DNA of 64,000 bases from Hyalangium minutum (GCF_000737315.1 NZ_JMCB01000004.1:372001-436000); one strand, 5' to 3'. Positions 18,209 to 27,919 are shown, counted from the stretch's first letter. Translations and numbers: made by a program. The notes: generated from the sequence alone by a model not told the origin.

Positions 18209-19423
18209 TTATGGCGTGCCTCGGGCCTCCAACTCGTAGAAGGAGATCCTCGGCACCTCGGGGAAGACGCTGAGCGCCTCCACATTCAGCAGAGGCTCCG
18301 GCACCGTGCAGGTCTCCCACTGGCCCGTGCCCTTGAAGTGGCACACCGTAGGGTTCACGAAGAACGTGCCCCGCTCCGGGTCTTTCAGCCCCAGCCCCGG
18401 CGGCGTCCGGACGATGGCTCGCAGCGACCCTGGGCCCTTCGCCAGGATGCGCACCAGGTTCAACTCCTTCAGCGGCGGGTCGAACTGCGCGCGCAACGCT
18501 CCATCCGCCTCCCAGCGCGGGGTGACACCGTTGCCCAGGTCCACTCCGCTCCGCTCCTTCCCATCGAACGCGTGGCGCCCAGCCTCCGCGCCCGTGACTT
18601 CCTTGGGCGCCACGAGCGGAAACCTCTCAAGAGGAGTGCTCCCCGCATCCCGAGGCGTCCCGCCATCCTGAGGCGCGACCACGGCCGCAGGCGTCGCCAG
18701 GGAGCGGAGGTTGCCTGCGGTCGTCCCTCGCTGAAGCACCACGGCATTCACCAGCCATGCAGGCAGGTACCCAGCCTTGGCGCAAACGGGCGCAAGCTCG
18801 GTGACGAGGGGCGGATGCTCCGGCGCCACCTTGCCACCCGTCGTCGCCGCAGGCACGAGCGCGGTGACGGCCAGAGCCGTGCACGCGGCCTCGATGCCAG
18901 GGCCCGCGTTCTCCAGATTCCAGCGCACCTCCGAAGGCTCCAGCTTGCGGCCGGGCTGTCCCCCCTGCAGCGACCGGACGACGAGGGCGGCACAGGTGTT
19001 GGCCTCGGCTGGGCACTTCTGGCACAAGGCCTGGAGCAGCTCTCGCCCCGGAGTAGGCTGGGGCGTCAGCGGAGCCCGGGCATCCAGCGCCGAGCCCAGC
19101 TCGCAGGCCCGGGCCGGAGGCTGGGCGCAGGTGTCCAGCGAGCGCCGGGCCCCGGCGAGCGCGCCGCTGTCCGCCGGGTTGCGCACGACGCCGTCCAGCG
19201 CCCGCTCGAGCGCCTTGCACCCCTGCGTCGCGCCAGGGGAGGGCGTTTTCGAGCCCTCGGAGGGGGAGGCCACATCCACCTGCATGCCTGGCGCCGAGGC
19301 GGCAGGGGCCTTCCTGGGCTCCGATTCCCGGGGCTTGTGGGAGATGATCCACAGGCGCACGAAGGCCGCGAGCGCCAGCAGCATGAGCAGAAGGGTTCGG
19401 AGAGGAAAGCGGCGCAAATGCAA
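18209..19423 (-). CDS. Hypothetical membrane-anchored periplasmic protein (Cys-rich helical region plus C-terminal beta-sandwich)
   Basis: N-terminal TM (LLLMLLALAAFV), paired Cys, high GC3; divergent from lpdA. Confidence 0.7.
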   Translation of the reverse strand: MHLRRFPLRTLLLMLLALAAFVRLWIISHKPRESEPRKAPAASAPGMQVDVASPSEGSKTPSPGATQGCKALERALDGVVRNPADSGALAGARRSLDTCAQPPARACELGSALDARAPLTPQPTPGRELLQALCQKCPAEANTCAALVVRSLQGGQPGRKLEPSEVRWNLENAGPGIEAACTALAVTALVPAATTGGKVAPEHPPLVTELAPVCAKAGYLPAWLVNAVVLQRGTTAGNLRSLATPAAVVAPQDGGTPRDAGSTPLERFPLVAPKEVTGAEAGRHAFDGKERSGVDLGNGVTPRWEADGALRAQFDPPLKELNLVRILAKGPGSLRAIVRTPPGLGLKDPERGTFFVNPTVCHFKGTGQWETCTVPEPLLNVEALSVFPEVPRISFYELEARGTP

Positions 19424-19491
19424 ACTCCTTGATTCCCACCGTGAGCGGGGGTTATCAGCCCCCGCGGGGTTCTACCTGAACGGAGGCGTTC

Positions 19492-20889
19492 GTGGCTGAG
19501 ACGTTCGATGTGGTGATCATCGGTTCTGGACCGGGCGGTTACGTGGGGGCCATCCGGGCTGCCCAGCTGGGCCTGAAGACGGCCATCATCGAGAAGGACA
19601 AGCGGCTGGGCGGCACCTGCCTCCACCGCGGCTGCATCCCCACCAAGTCCCTGCTCTGGACGGCGGAGCTGTTCCACCACATCCACGAGGCCTCCAAGTT
19701 CGGCATCGATGTGGCCAGCCCCACCATCAACTGGGCCAACGCCCAGAAGCACAAGCAGGACGTCGTCACGAAGGGTGCCAACGGCATCGACTTCCTGATG
19801 AAGAAGAACAAGATCTCCGTGTTCAAGGGCCACGGCCGCATTGCCGGCAAGGGCAAGGTGGAGGTGACGGGCGAGGACGGCGCCAAGCAGACGCTGGACA
19901 CCAAGAACATCATCATCGCCACCGGCTCGGTGCCCAAGTCCCTGCCCAACGTGCAGGTGGACCACAAGCGGGTGCTGAACAGTGACTCCATCCTGCTCAT
20001 TGACCGCATCCCCAAGAGCCTGATCGTCATCGGCGCGGGCGCGGTGGGCTGCGAGTTCGCCTCCGTGTTCAACCACGTGGGCAGCCAGGTCGCCATCGTG
20101 GAGTACATGCCGAACCTGCTGCCCATCGAGGACATCGACGCCTCGAAGGAGCTGGAGAAGCACTTCAAGAAGCGGAAGATCGATCTGCACACCGGCGCCA
20201 AGGTGGAGAAGGTGGAGCACACCGCCACGGGCGTGAAGGTGACGATGACGGTGGGCAGCGAGACCAAGACGATCGAGGCCGAGCTGCTGCTGTCCGCGGT
20301 GGGCCGCTCGCCGGTGACCGAGGACATCGGCCTGAAGCAGACGAACATCCAGGCGGACCGGGGCTTCATCAAGGTGGACCAAATGATGCGGACCACGGAG
20401 GCCAACGTGTACGCCATTGGCGACGTGGTCCCCACGGCCATGCTGGCGCACGTGGCCAGCGCCGAGTGCGTCCTCGCGGTGGAGCACATCGCTGGGAAGA
20501 ATCCGCAGCCCATCAACTATGACTTGGTGCCGTCGGCCACGTACTGCTACCCCGAGGTGGCCTCGGTGGGCCTCACGGAGAAGAAGGCCAAGGAGCGCGG
20601 CTACGACGTGAAGACGGGCATCTTCCCGTTCAGCGCCATCACCAAGGCCTCCATCTCCAACGAGGCGGCCGGCATGATCAAGGTGGTCTCCGACAAGAAG
20701 TACGACGAGGTGCTGGGCATCCACCTGGTGGGCCCGCACGCCACGGAGCTGCTCGCGGAGGCCTGCGTGGCGCTGCGCCTGGAGATCACCACCGAGGAGC
20801 TCGCGCACACGATGCACGCGCACCCGACGCTCTCCGAGATCGTCAAGGAAGGCGCCGAGGCGGCGCTGGGTCACCCGATCCACATCTGA
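19492..20889 (+). CDS. lpdA: Dihydrolipoyl dehydrogenase (E3)
   Basis: GSGPGG FAD motif, GGTCLHRGCIP redox disulfide, GAGAVG NAD motif, HAHPTLSE. Confidence 0.97.
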   Translation: MAETFDVVIIGSGPGGYVGAIRAAQLGLKTAIIEKDKRLGGTCLHRGCIPTKSLLWTAELFHHIHEASKFGIDVASPTINWANAQKHKQDVVTKGANGIDFLMKKNKISVFKGHGRIAGKGKVEVTGEDGAKQTLDTKNIIIATGSVPKSLPNVQVDHKRVLNSDSILLIDRIPKSLIVIGAGAVGCEFASVFNHVGSQVAIVEYMPNLLPIEDIDASKELEKHFKKRKIDLHTGAKVEKVEHTATGVKVTMTVGSETKTIEAELLLSAVGRSPVTEDIGLKQTNIQADRGFIKVDQMMRTTEANVYAIGDVVPTAMLAHVASAECVLAVEHIAGKNPQPINYDLVPSATYCYPEVASVGLTEKKAKERGYDVKTGIFPFSAITKASISNEAAGMIKVVSDKKYDEVLGIHLVGPHATELLAEACVALRLEITTEELAHTMHAHPTLSEIVKEGAEAALGHPIHI

Positions 20890-21665
20890 TCGGATCCCGG
20901 CTGCGCTGCTGGCAGGTGGATGGGCTCGCCGAGCAGATCGGCGAGCTCGAACGCATCCAGCAGCGCGTGCCCCTGTAAGTCGTTGTTGAAGTAGACCCAG
21001 GCGGTGAAGCCCTCGCGCCGCCAGCCGGCGAGATCCTGCGCCACGGTGTGCAGCGCCTTGCGGCCGTAGAGCCCCGAGTACTTGGACGACGTGCCGTGGA
21101 AGCGCAGGTAGCGCCAGCCTCCCGTGACGAACGGTGGAGGCACCGGGCACAGATCGTGCTCACAGACGGCCGCGCCCCACGCGTCCAGCACCTCCAGCAC
21201 CTCCGGGTGGTACCAGGCCGCGTCGCGGAACTCGAAGGCGTGGTGCACGTCGTGGGGCAGGTGGCAGAGGAACCGGTCCAGCCGTTCCGGGTCCGGGTGC
21301 TTCATCTGCGGCGGCAGCTGCCAGAGCACCGGCCCCAGCTTGGAGCCCAGGCGTGAGATGGGCTCGAAGAAGCGCTCCAGCCCCAGCCCCACATCCGTCA
21401 GCCGCTTCATGTGCGTCAGGAAGCGGCTGCCCTTGCACGCGAAGAGGAAGCCCTCAGGCGTTTGCTCGCGCCACGCGTCCACGGCCTCCGGGGTGGGCAG
21501 GCAGTAGAAGGTGTTGTTCAGCTCCACGGTGGAGAACACGCGGGCGTAGTAGGGGAGCCACTGCTTGGCAGGCAGCTTGGGTGGGTAGAAGATCCCCTTC
21601 CAGTGCTTGTACACATAGCCGCTGGTGCCCAGGTGGATGCGCCCCATGCGGGACAAGCTGGACAT
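20871..21665 (-). CDS. DUF72 (YecE-like) family protein
   Basis: GTSGY..KHW.GIFYP, VELNNTFY, FACKGSRFLTH, LWQLPP, YLRFHG, VYFNND; alternative start ATG 21647. Confidence 0.9.
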   Translation of the reverse strand: MSSLSRMGRIHLGTSGYVYKHWKGIFYPPKLPAKQWLPYYARVFSTVELNNTFYCLPTPEAVDAWREQTPEGFLFACKGSRFLTHMKRLTDVGLGLERFFEPISRLGSKLGPVLWQLPPQMKHPDPERLDRFLCHLPHDVHHAFEFRDAAWYHPEVLEVLDAWGAAVCEHDLCPVPPPFVTGGWRYLRFHGTSSKYSGLYGRKALHTVAQDLAGWRREGFTAWVYFNNDLQGHALLDAFELADLLGEPIHLPAAQPGSDQMWIG

Positions 21666-21811
21666 GGCCTCAGGGTGCAGCAGTGCCGCCGGTGAGCCCG
21701 GCCGTTAAGCAAAACAGGACGATCCAGAAGCCGTTGTCACAGGTGACGCCCCGCGTTAGTGGCTTCACGCTTGACCCTGCTTTTGACCCCACCCTAGAAG
21801 GCCCGCGACCC

Positions 21812-22741
21812 ATGGCGACTCCCGATCGGTTTCCTCTTCCCCAGGTCCCCGAGAGCACTCGTAAACCCGAGTGGTTGAAGGTGCGCTTGCCCCACGGAGA
21901 GGGCTACGAACGGGTGAAGGCCATCGTTCGCCGCACCAAGCTCTCCACCGTCTGCGAAGAGGCCCGCTGCCCGAACATCGCCGAGTGCTGGGGCGGTGGC
22001 ACCGCCACGGTGATGCTGATGGGCGAGGTGTGCACCCGCGCCTGCCGCTTCTGCCACGTGAAGGTGGGCGCGCCTCCGCCGCTGGACCCGATGGAGCCCA
22101 TCCACCTGGCCCAGGCCGTCAAGGAGATGGCGCTCGAGTACATCGTCGTGACGTCCGTGAACCGCGATGACCGGCCGGACGGCGGCGCCAGCCACTTCGC
22201 CTCGGCCATCCGCGAGCTGCGCCGCGAGTCACCGAAGACGATCGTCGAGGTGCTCATCCCCGACTTCAAGGGCGTGGAGAAGGACCTGACCACGGTGGCC
22301 GAGGCCCGCCCGCACGTGGTGGCCCACAACGTGGAGACGGTGGAGCGCCTCACGCCCACGGTGCGCGACCGGCGCGCCGGGTACCGCCAGTCGCTGCGCG
22401 TGCTCGAGTACCTGAAGAAGCGCCCCGAGGGCCTCTACACCAAGAGCTCGGTGATGGTGGGCCTGGGCGAGACGGACGCCGAGCTGGAGCAGACCTTCAA
22501 GGATCTGCGCGAGGCGGGCGTGGACGTGCTGACGCTGGGCCAGTACCTGCAGCCCTCGCAGTACCACCTGCGCGTGGAGCGCTTCGTCACGCCGGCGCAG
22601 TTCGAGGAGTACAAGAAGCTGGCCGAGTCCTACGGCTTCCTCTACGTGGCCAGCGGCCCGCTGGTCCGGTCCAGCTACCGCGCCGCCGAGTTCTTCATGA
22701 AGGGCCTGATGGAGCGCGAGCGCCTGGAGCGCATCGGCTAG
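21812..22741 (+). CDS. lipA: Lipoyl synthase
   Basis: KPEWLKV, CEEARCPNIAEC, CTRACRFC radical SAM motif, SGPLVRSSYRA. Confidence 0.97.
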   Translation: MATPDRFPLPQVPESTRKPEWLKVRLPHGEGYERVKAIVRRTKLSTVCEEARCPNIAECWGGGTATVMLMGEVCTRACRFCHVKVGAPPPLDPMEPIHLAQAVKEMALEYIVVTSVNRDDRPDGGASHFASAIRELRRESPKTIVEVLIPDFKGVEKDLTTVAEARPHVVAHNVETVERLTPTVRDRRAGYRQSLRVLEYLKKRPEGLYTKSSVMVGLGETDAELEQTFKDLREAGVDVLTLGQYLQPSQYHLRVERFVTPAQFEEYKKLAESYGFLYVASGPLVRSSYRAAEFFMKGLMERERLERIG

Positions 22742-22783
22742 CCCTCTTCACCCCGCCTCACGAAAGACGGACCCACGACCCCC

Positions 22784-24040
22784 ATGGCTCTCTTTGAATT
22801 CAAGCTCCCCGATCTCGGCGAAGGCGTGATGGAGGGCGAGCTCGTCAAGTGGCACGTGAAGGAAGGCGACTCGGTCAAGGAGGACCAGACGATCGCCGAG
22901 GTGATGACCGACAAGGCCACCGTCACCGTGCCCAGCCCGAAGGCCGGCCGCGTCGTGAAGACGCACGGCAAGGAGGGCGAGATGGCCAAGGTTCACCAGC
23001 TCCTCATCACGCTCGACGTGGAGGGCGCCGCCCCCGCTCAGGCCGAGGGCCCTCCGGCGGCTCAGCCTGTGGCAGCGGCTGCGGCGGCTCCGGCGGCGGC
23101 TTCGAATGGGGCGGGTGCGTCGTCCAAGGTGCTGGCCACGCCGCTCACCCGGCGCATGGCGCGCGAGCACGGGCTGAACCTCGCGGAGATCGCGGGCTCC
23201 GGTTCGCAGGGCCGTGTGACGAAGGCGGATGTCGTGGCGGCCCTGGAAGGCCGGACGACGTCCAACGTGGTCTCCCAGGCTCCCGCTGTGCAGGTGCGTC
23301 CCTCGGCGGCTCCGGTGGCCTCGGGCCGTGGGGACGAGCGCGTCCCGCTGCGCGGCCTCCGCAAGAAGATCGCGGAGAAGATGGTGCGGTCGAAGTTCAC
23401 GATGCCGCACTTCGCCTTCGTGGAGGAGGTGGATGGGAGCGATCTCGTGGCGCTGCGCAAGCGCCTCAACTCGCAGCTGAAGAGCGCGGGCGAGGACATC
23501 AAGCTCACCTTCCTCCCGTTCATCGTGAAGGCGGTGATCGCCGCGCTGAAGAAGTACCCGCACCTCAACGCCAACTTCGACGAGACCACGCAGGAGCTGG
23601 TCGTCCGGGGCGAGTACAACATCGGCATCGCGGCGCAGACGCCGGACGGGCTCACCGTGGCGGTGGTGCGCAACGCGGACCGGCTCACGCTGCGCGAGCT
23701 GGCGCAGGAGATCTCCCGGCTGGGGACGGCGGCCCGCGAGCGCAAGCTGAAGATGGAGGAGCTGACGGGCGGCACCTTCACCATCACGTCGCTCGGGCAG
23801 AGCGGTGGCCTGTTCGCCACGCCGATCATCAACCACCCCGAGGTGGGCATCCTCGGCGTGCACAAGCTGCGCAAGCGCCCCGTGGTGGACAAGAACGACC
23901 AGATCGTCGTGCGCGAGATGATGAACCTCTCGCTGTCGTGCGATCACCGCGTCATCGACGGCTCCGTGGCGGCCGAGTTCGTGTACGAGGTCATCAAGTA
24001 CCTCGAGCAGCCGGACATGCTGTTCCTGGCCATGGCCTAG
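22784..24040 (+). CDS. 2-oxoacid dehydrogenase E2 (dihydrolipoamide acyltransferase; single lipoyl domain, BCKDH/PDH type)
   Basis: EVMTDKATV lipoyl lysine, ATP..RRMAREHG..GSG.QGRVTKADV peripheral subunit-binding domain, DHRVIDG catalytic motif. Confidence 0.95.
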   Translation: MALFEFKLPDLGEGVMEGELVKWHVKEGDSVKEDQTIAEVMTDKATVTVPSPKAGRVVKTHGKEGEMAKVHQLLITLDVEGAAPAQAEGPPAAQPVAAAAAAPAAASNGAGASSKVLATPLTRRMAREHGLNLAEIAGSGSQGRVTKADVVAALEGRTTSNVVSQAPAVQVRPSAAPVASGRGDERVPLRGLRKKIAEKMVRSKFTMPHFAFVEEVDGSDLVALRKRLNSQLKSAGEDIKLTFLPFIVKAVIAALKKYPHLNANFDETTQELVVRGEYNIGIAAQTPDGLTVAVVRNADRLTLRELAQEISRLGTAARERKLKMEELTGGTFTITSLGQSGGLFATPIINHPEVGILGVHKLRKRPVVDKNDQIVVREMMNLSLSCDHRVIDGSVAAEFVYEVIKYLEQPDMLFLAMA

Positions 24041-24092
24041 GCGCGGCGTTTCCGGTTGAGCGGTCGGGCCGGGAGGAGGTTACGCTGCTCCC

Positions 24093-25871
24093 ATGTCCAA
24101 TCCTCGAGAACACATCCGTGCCGCCCAGGCCGCGGAGCTGAGGGGAGACAAGCCGGGCGCCATCGCCGAGCTGCGCCGGGCGTCTGCGCTCTACCGGCGT
24201 GCGGGCAACCCCGCCCGGGCCATCCAGCTCCTGCGCCATGCTCAATCCCTGGACCCGTCCCGGGAGGACGTGGCCGCGGAGCTGCGCAGGGTTGAGGGGC
24301 TCGCGGTGCCCTCGCTCCAGCAGACCTTGCCGGGGGAAGAGTCCGAGGCCTCGGAAGGGGCGGTCGTGCTGGAGTTGAGGCCGGCCCCGGACGAGCTGAC
24401 CGAGCGCCAGCGGCTCATCGAGGAGGCCCTGCGCCAGGCCTCCGGCTCGGAGGAGGGCGGCCCTTCCCAGGAGGAGGGGGCGCGCTGGCAGGTGGAGGCG
24501 CCGCCAGGAGGCGGTCTCCAGCCCGTGGATATCCAGGAAGCGAGCCGCCGGGCGTTCGAGTGGGCCCGCAAGCACCTCCAGGACCAAGAGGAGCGGGCGC
24601 CGCGCGAGTGGTCGGTCGAGGAGGAAGAGGGCACCTCCGGCGGGCTTGAGATGCGTCCCGTCGAGGAGCCCGAGCCCCAGGCCAATGCCACCCACGAAGG
24701 CCACGTTCACCTCCGGGCCCGCCCGGCGGACGTGGGGCTGGAAGTGAAGGCCCTCGTCGCGCAGGACATGACGGCGCTGGTCGCAGAGGTCATCTCCCCC
24801 ACGGCCGCCTCCGAGGAAGCCCCACAAGGGTACAGGCTGTCCCCTGGTGATTTCCGCGCTTACGAGGAGCAGGTCTCGCCCTCGGCCCATGAAGAACCTC
24901 CGGCGAGGAATGAGGCCCGCTCCGAGGAGCGAGCCCTGATCGAGCGAGGCCCCACCCGGGCGGATCCCGCGATCGATGCGTGGTGCTCGTTCTGCTGCCG
25001 CCCTCGGGCGGAGGTAGGCGAGCTGGTCGCGGGGCCCACGGGCTCCTTCATCTGCGCCACGTGCGTGGGCGAGTCCAGCGGGTTGCTCGGCCTGGAGGAG
25101 GCGGCACCCGGGCGTGCTCGGCCTTCGCGCCGGAAGGAGACGCAAGCGGAGGTGGCCGGGCTCGTGGGCCAACAGGAGGCCCGTGAGCTGTTAGAGCGGG
25201 CGCTTCAGGTGGGCGCGCGGCGGGTGTTGGTGGTCGGACCCGTGGGGACGGGCAAGTCCGCCTGGTTCCGGCAACTGGAGCGCCAGGAACGCGGGACGCT
25301 CATGACGCTCGAGACGCTGGAGCAGGGCGCCGGAGGCCCGGTGGTGCTCGTGGAGAATGTGGATCGGCTCTCGCCCGAGGCGCAGGAGCGGCTCAGCTCC
25401 TTTCTGGCGCGGCATCCGGAGCGGACGGTGCTGATGAGCGCGAGAGGCTCCCTCGGTGCGCCGAAGCTCCTGCTTCAAGGAGCGGAGGGAAGCCTCCCAG
25501 TGCTCAGCACCCGCGCATTGAGCGAGGGCGTGCTCAACTCGGTTTCGGTGTCGTTGCTCGAGCAGATCCAGCTGGCGATCCCGCTCCAGGTTCCCACCCG
25601 GGAGGAGTTCATGGAGATCGCCCGGCAGTTGCTGGGGCCGAGGGCTCCGCTGCTGGCCCTGTCGGACGACCTCCTGGCCGCGATCGCCTCGGAGGCCGCG
25701 GTCTCGCCTCGCGCCGGGCATGAGCTGCTCGCCCTGCTGGCGCGGGTGCCCGAGGGCTCGTGGAGCCTCGTGACGGCAGGGAAGGGGACGGCAGCCCAGA
25801 AGAAGAAGAAGTCAGCACCGAAGCCCAAGGCCAGGTCGGCCGGGCGCGGACGGCGGAAGGGGACGAAGTGA
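24093..25871 (+). CDS. Divergent ClpX-like protein: TPR-like N-terminus, acidic linker, ClpX C4 zinc finger, degenerate AAA module
   Basis: WCSFCC...FICATC, GPVGTGKS, VVLVENVD; TGA overlaps lipB GTG. Confidence 0.75.
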   Translation: MSNPREHIRAAQAAELRGDKPGAIAELRRASALYRRAGNPARAIQLLRHAQSLDPSREDVAAELRRVEGLAVPSLQQTLPGEESEASEGAVVLELRPAPDELTERQRLIEEALRQASGSEEGGPSQEEGARWQVEAPPGGGLQPVDIQEASRRAFEWARKHLQDQEERAPREWSVEEEEGTSGGLEMRPVEEPEPQANATHEGHVHLRARPADVGLEVKALVAQDMTALVAEVISPTAASEEAPQGYRLSPGDFRAYEEQVSPSAHEEPPARNEARSEERALIERGPTRADPAIDAWCSFCCRPRAEVGELVAGPTGSFICATCVGESSGLLGLEEAAPGRARPSRRKETQAEVAGLVGQQEARELLERALQVGARRVLVVGPVGTGKSAWFRQLERQERGTLMTLETLEQGAGGPVVLVENVDRLSPEAQERLSSFLARHPERTVLMSARGSLGAPKLLLQGAEGSLPVLSTRALSEGVLNSVSVSLLEQIQLAIPLQVPTREEFMEIARQLLGPRAPLLALSDDLLAAIASEAAVSPRAGHELLALLARVPEGSWSLVTAGKGTAAQKKKKSAPKPKARSAGRGRRKGTK

Positions 25872-26953
25872 GCACGCTCACGGTCTACAGGCTCGGCCGC
25901 GTGGAGTACGAAGACGGCCTCGCGCTCATGCAGCGCTTCACGGATGCGCGGAAGCAGGAGCTTGTCGGCGACGCGCTGCTGTTGCTGGAGCACCCGCCTG
26001 TCCTGACGCTCGGGCGCGGCGCGAAGCGGGAGAACATCGTCGCCTCCGACGAGCGGCTGGCCACCGAGGGCGTGGAGATCTTCGAGACCAACCGCGGCGG
26101 CGACGTCACCTACCACGGTCCCGGGCAAGTGGTGGGCTACCCCATCTTCCTGCTGCCCCAGCACCGCCAGGACGTGCGCCGCTACGTGCGCGACGTGGAG
26201 TCCTGCATCATCCAGACGCTGGCCGAGTACGGGCTCACCACGGGCACCATCCCCAAGTGGCCCGGCGTGTGGATCGGCAGGGAGGGCGCTCCGGACGCCC
26301 GGAAGATCGCCGCCATTGGCATCCACATCTCCCGCTGGCTCACGACGCACGGGTTCGCGCTGAACGTGAACACGCACCTGCCGCACTTCCAGCTCATCGT
26401 CCCGTGCGGCATCCGCGAGGCGGGCGTCACCTCCATGCAGAAGGAGCTGGGCCACATCGTCTCCGTGCCGGACGTGGAGGAGACGCTGGCCCGCCACTTC
26501 ACCACCGTCTTCGAGAGCGAGCGCCGCACCGGAGAAGTCTCCATGCGCACGGTGAGCATCGCCGTGGTGCGAGGGCAGGGGCCTCAGGCGCGCGTGCTCG
26601 TGGTGCGCCGCACCGCCGAGCGCGGAGGCTTCTGGCAGACGATCACCGGCCGCGTGGAGCCGGGCGAAACCCCCGAGCAGGCCGCTGCCCGCGAGCTGGC
26701 GGAGGAGGCGGGCCTGAGCCTGCCGGTGCGTCCGCTGAACTACCGCCATGCGTTCGCGCTGGGCGAGCTGCTGCCTCCGAAGCTGGTGGAGGAGACGGCC
26801 TTCGCCGCGTGGCTCCCGGAGGGCCAGGAGGTGAAGCTCGGGCCCGAGCACGACGCCCACGAGTGGCTGGAGCCTTCCGCCGCGCTGCAGCGCCTGCCGT
26901 TCAAGGGGCTGCGCGAGGGCGTGAAGCGGGCGCTCGCTTCCATCGAGCGCTGA
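25868..26953 (+). CDS. lipB: Lipoyl(octanoyl) transferase LipB fused to a C-terminal Nudix hydrolase
   Basis: LLLEHPPVLTLG, RGGDVTYHGPGQ, KIAAIG, HGFALNV, IVPCGI; then full Nudix box GRVEPGETPEQAAARELAEEAG. Confidence 0.93.
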   Translation: MSTLTVYRLGRVEYEDGLALMQRFTDARKQELVGDALLLLEHPPVLTLGRGAKRENIVASDERLATEGVEIFETNRGGDVTYHGPGQVVGYPIFLLPQHRQDVRRYVRDVESCIIQTLAEYGLTTGTIPKWPGVWIGREGAPDARKIAAIGIHISRWLTTHGFALNVNTHLPHFQLIVPCGIREAGVTSMQKELGHIVSVPDVEETLARHFTTVFESERRTGEVSMRTVSIAVVRGQGPQARVLVVRRTAERGGFWQTITGRVEPGETPEQAAARELAEEAGLSLPVRPLNYRHAFALGELLPPKLVEETAFAAWLPEGQEVKLGPEHDAHEWLEPSAALQRLPFKGLREGVKRALASIER

Positions 26954-27919
26954 CTAGAGCTTCAGCGTCATGTCCTCCCGGGCCGCGATGGCCTCGGGGC
27001 GGTGCTTGCGCACCTGGCGCAGCAGCTTGTCCATCGCCGCGTCATCGCGCGTGGGATCATGGTGGAAGAGCACCAGCGTCTTCGCCTGGCACGCGTCCGC
27101 GGCGCGGATCGCGGCCTGCCACGTGGAGTGGCCCCAGCCCGTGCGCGGCGACCCGTGGCGCCCACAGTACTCGTCCTCGGTGTACATCGAGTCGTAGATG
27201 AGCAGGTCCGTGCCCTTGGCGAACTCGAAGAAGCGCTCCTCGTCCCGGCCGTGCTCGATGTCCGTGGCGTACACCACCGTGCGGCCCTCGCACTCCACGC
27301 GGTAGCCCAGGTTGCCGCCCGGGTGGTACAGCTCCACCGTGGTGATGTTCGCCGGGCCCACCTTCAGCGCCTCGCCCGACTGGATGTCGTGATAGCTCAG
27401 CTTCGCCTTGAACACGCCCTCGGCCGTCACCGGGAAGTACGGCTGCGTCATCTGCCCCGACAGGATCTCCTTCACCGACTGCCCATTGCGCGCGGCACCG
27501 TAGAACGTGAAGGTGTTCTGCGGCACGAAGATGGGCGTGAAGAACGGCAGGCCCTGCAGGTGATCGTAGTGGTAGTGCGACAGGAACACGGACGCCTCTA
27601 CCGGCGTGCCCTTCGCGAGCAGGCTATCGCCCAGCGGCCGCACGCCCGTGCCCAGATCGAAGATCAGCAGTGAGTCGCCGACCTGCATCTCCACGCACGG
27701 CGTGTTGCCGCCGTACTTCCGCGTCTGCGGGCCTGGAGCTGGAATGGAACCTCGCACGCCCCAGAACCGGACGTGGAAGTGCGTCTTGGCCGCTGTGCTC
27801 TTGGACCCCTTCAACGCAGCCTGAAGCCGGTGCGCAGACTCGCGCGCACGGAACTTCCGCAGCGGCTTGTCCTCAGCCGGCTTTTGCTTCGCTGTCTTCT
27901 TCCTCGGCGAAGAGCTCAA
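26954..27919 (-). CDS. MBL-fold metallo-hydrolase (tRNase Z / class II phosphodiesterase-like)
   Basis: FWGVRGS, GGNTPC, DLGTG, HYHYDHLQG (HxHxDH), HPGG, WGHST, LFHHDP; start uncertain (TTG 27919 overlaps ribA by 47 nt). Confidence 0.88.
   Translation of the reverse strand: MSSSPRKKTAKQKPAEDKPLRKFRARESAHRLQAALKGSKSTAAKTHFHVRFWGVRGSIPAPGPQTRKYGGNTPCVEMQVGDSLLIFDLGTGVRPLGDSLLAKGTPVEASVFLSHYHYDHLQGLPFFTPIFVPQNTFTFYGAARNGQSVKEILSGQMTQPYFPVTAEGVFKAKLSYHDIQSGEALKVGPANITTVELYHPGGNLGYRVECEGRTVVYATDIEHGRDEERFFEFAKGTDLLIYDSMYTEDEYCGRHGSPRTGWGHSTWQAAIRAADACQAKTLVLFHHDPTRDDAAMDKLLRQVRKHRPEAIAAREDMTLKL

Noticed and set aside
19066-21150. 694-aa minus-strand ORF
   Set aside because: Antisense shadow of lpdA caused by high GC3; no motifs.
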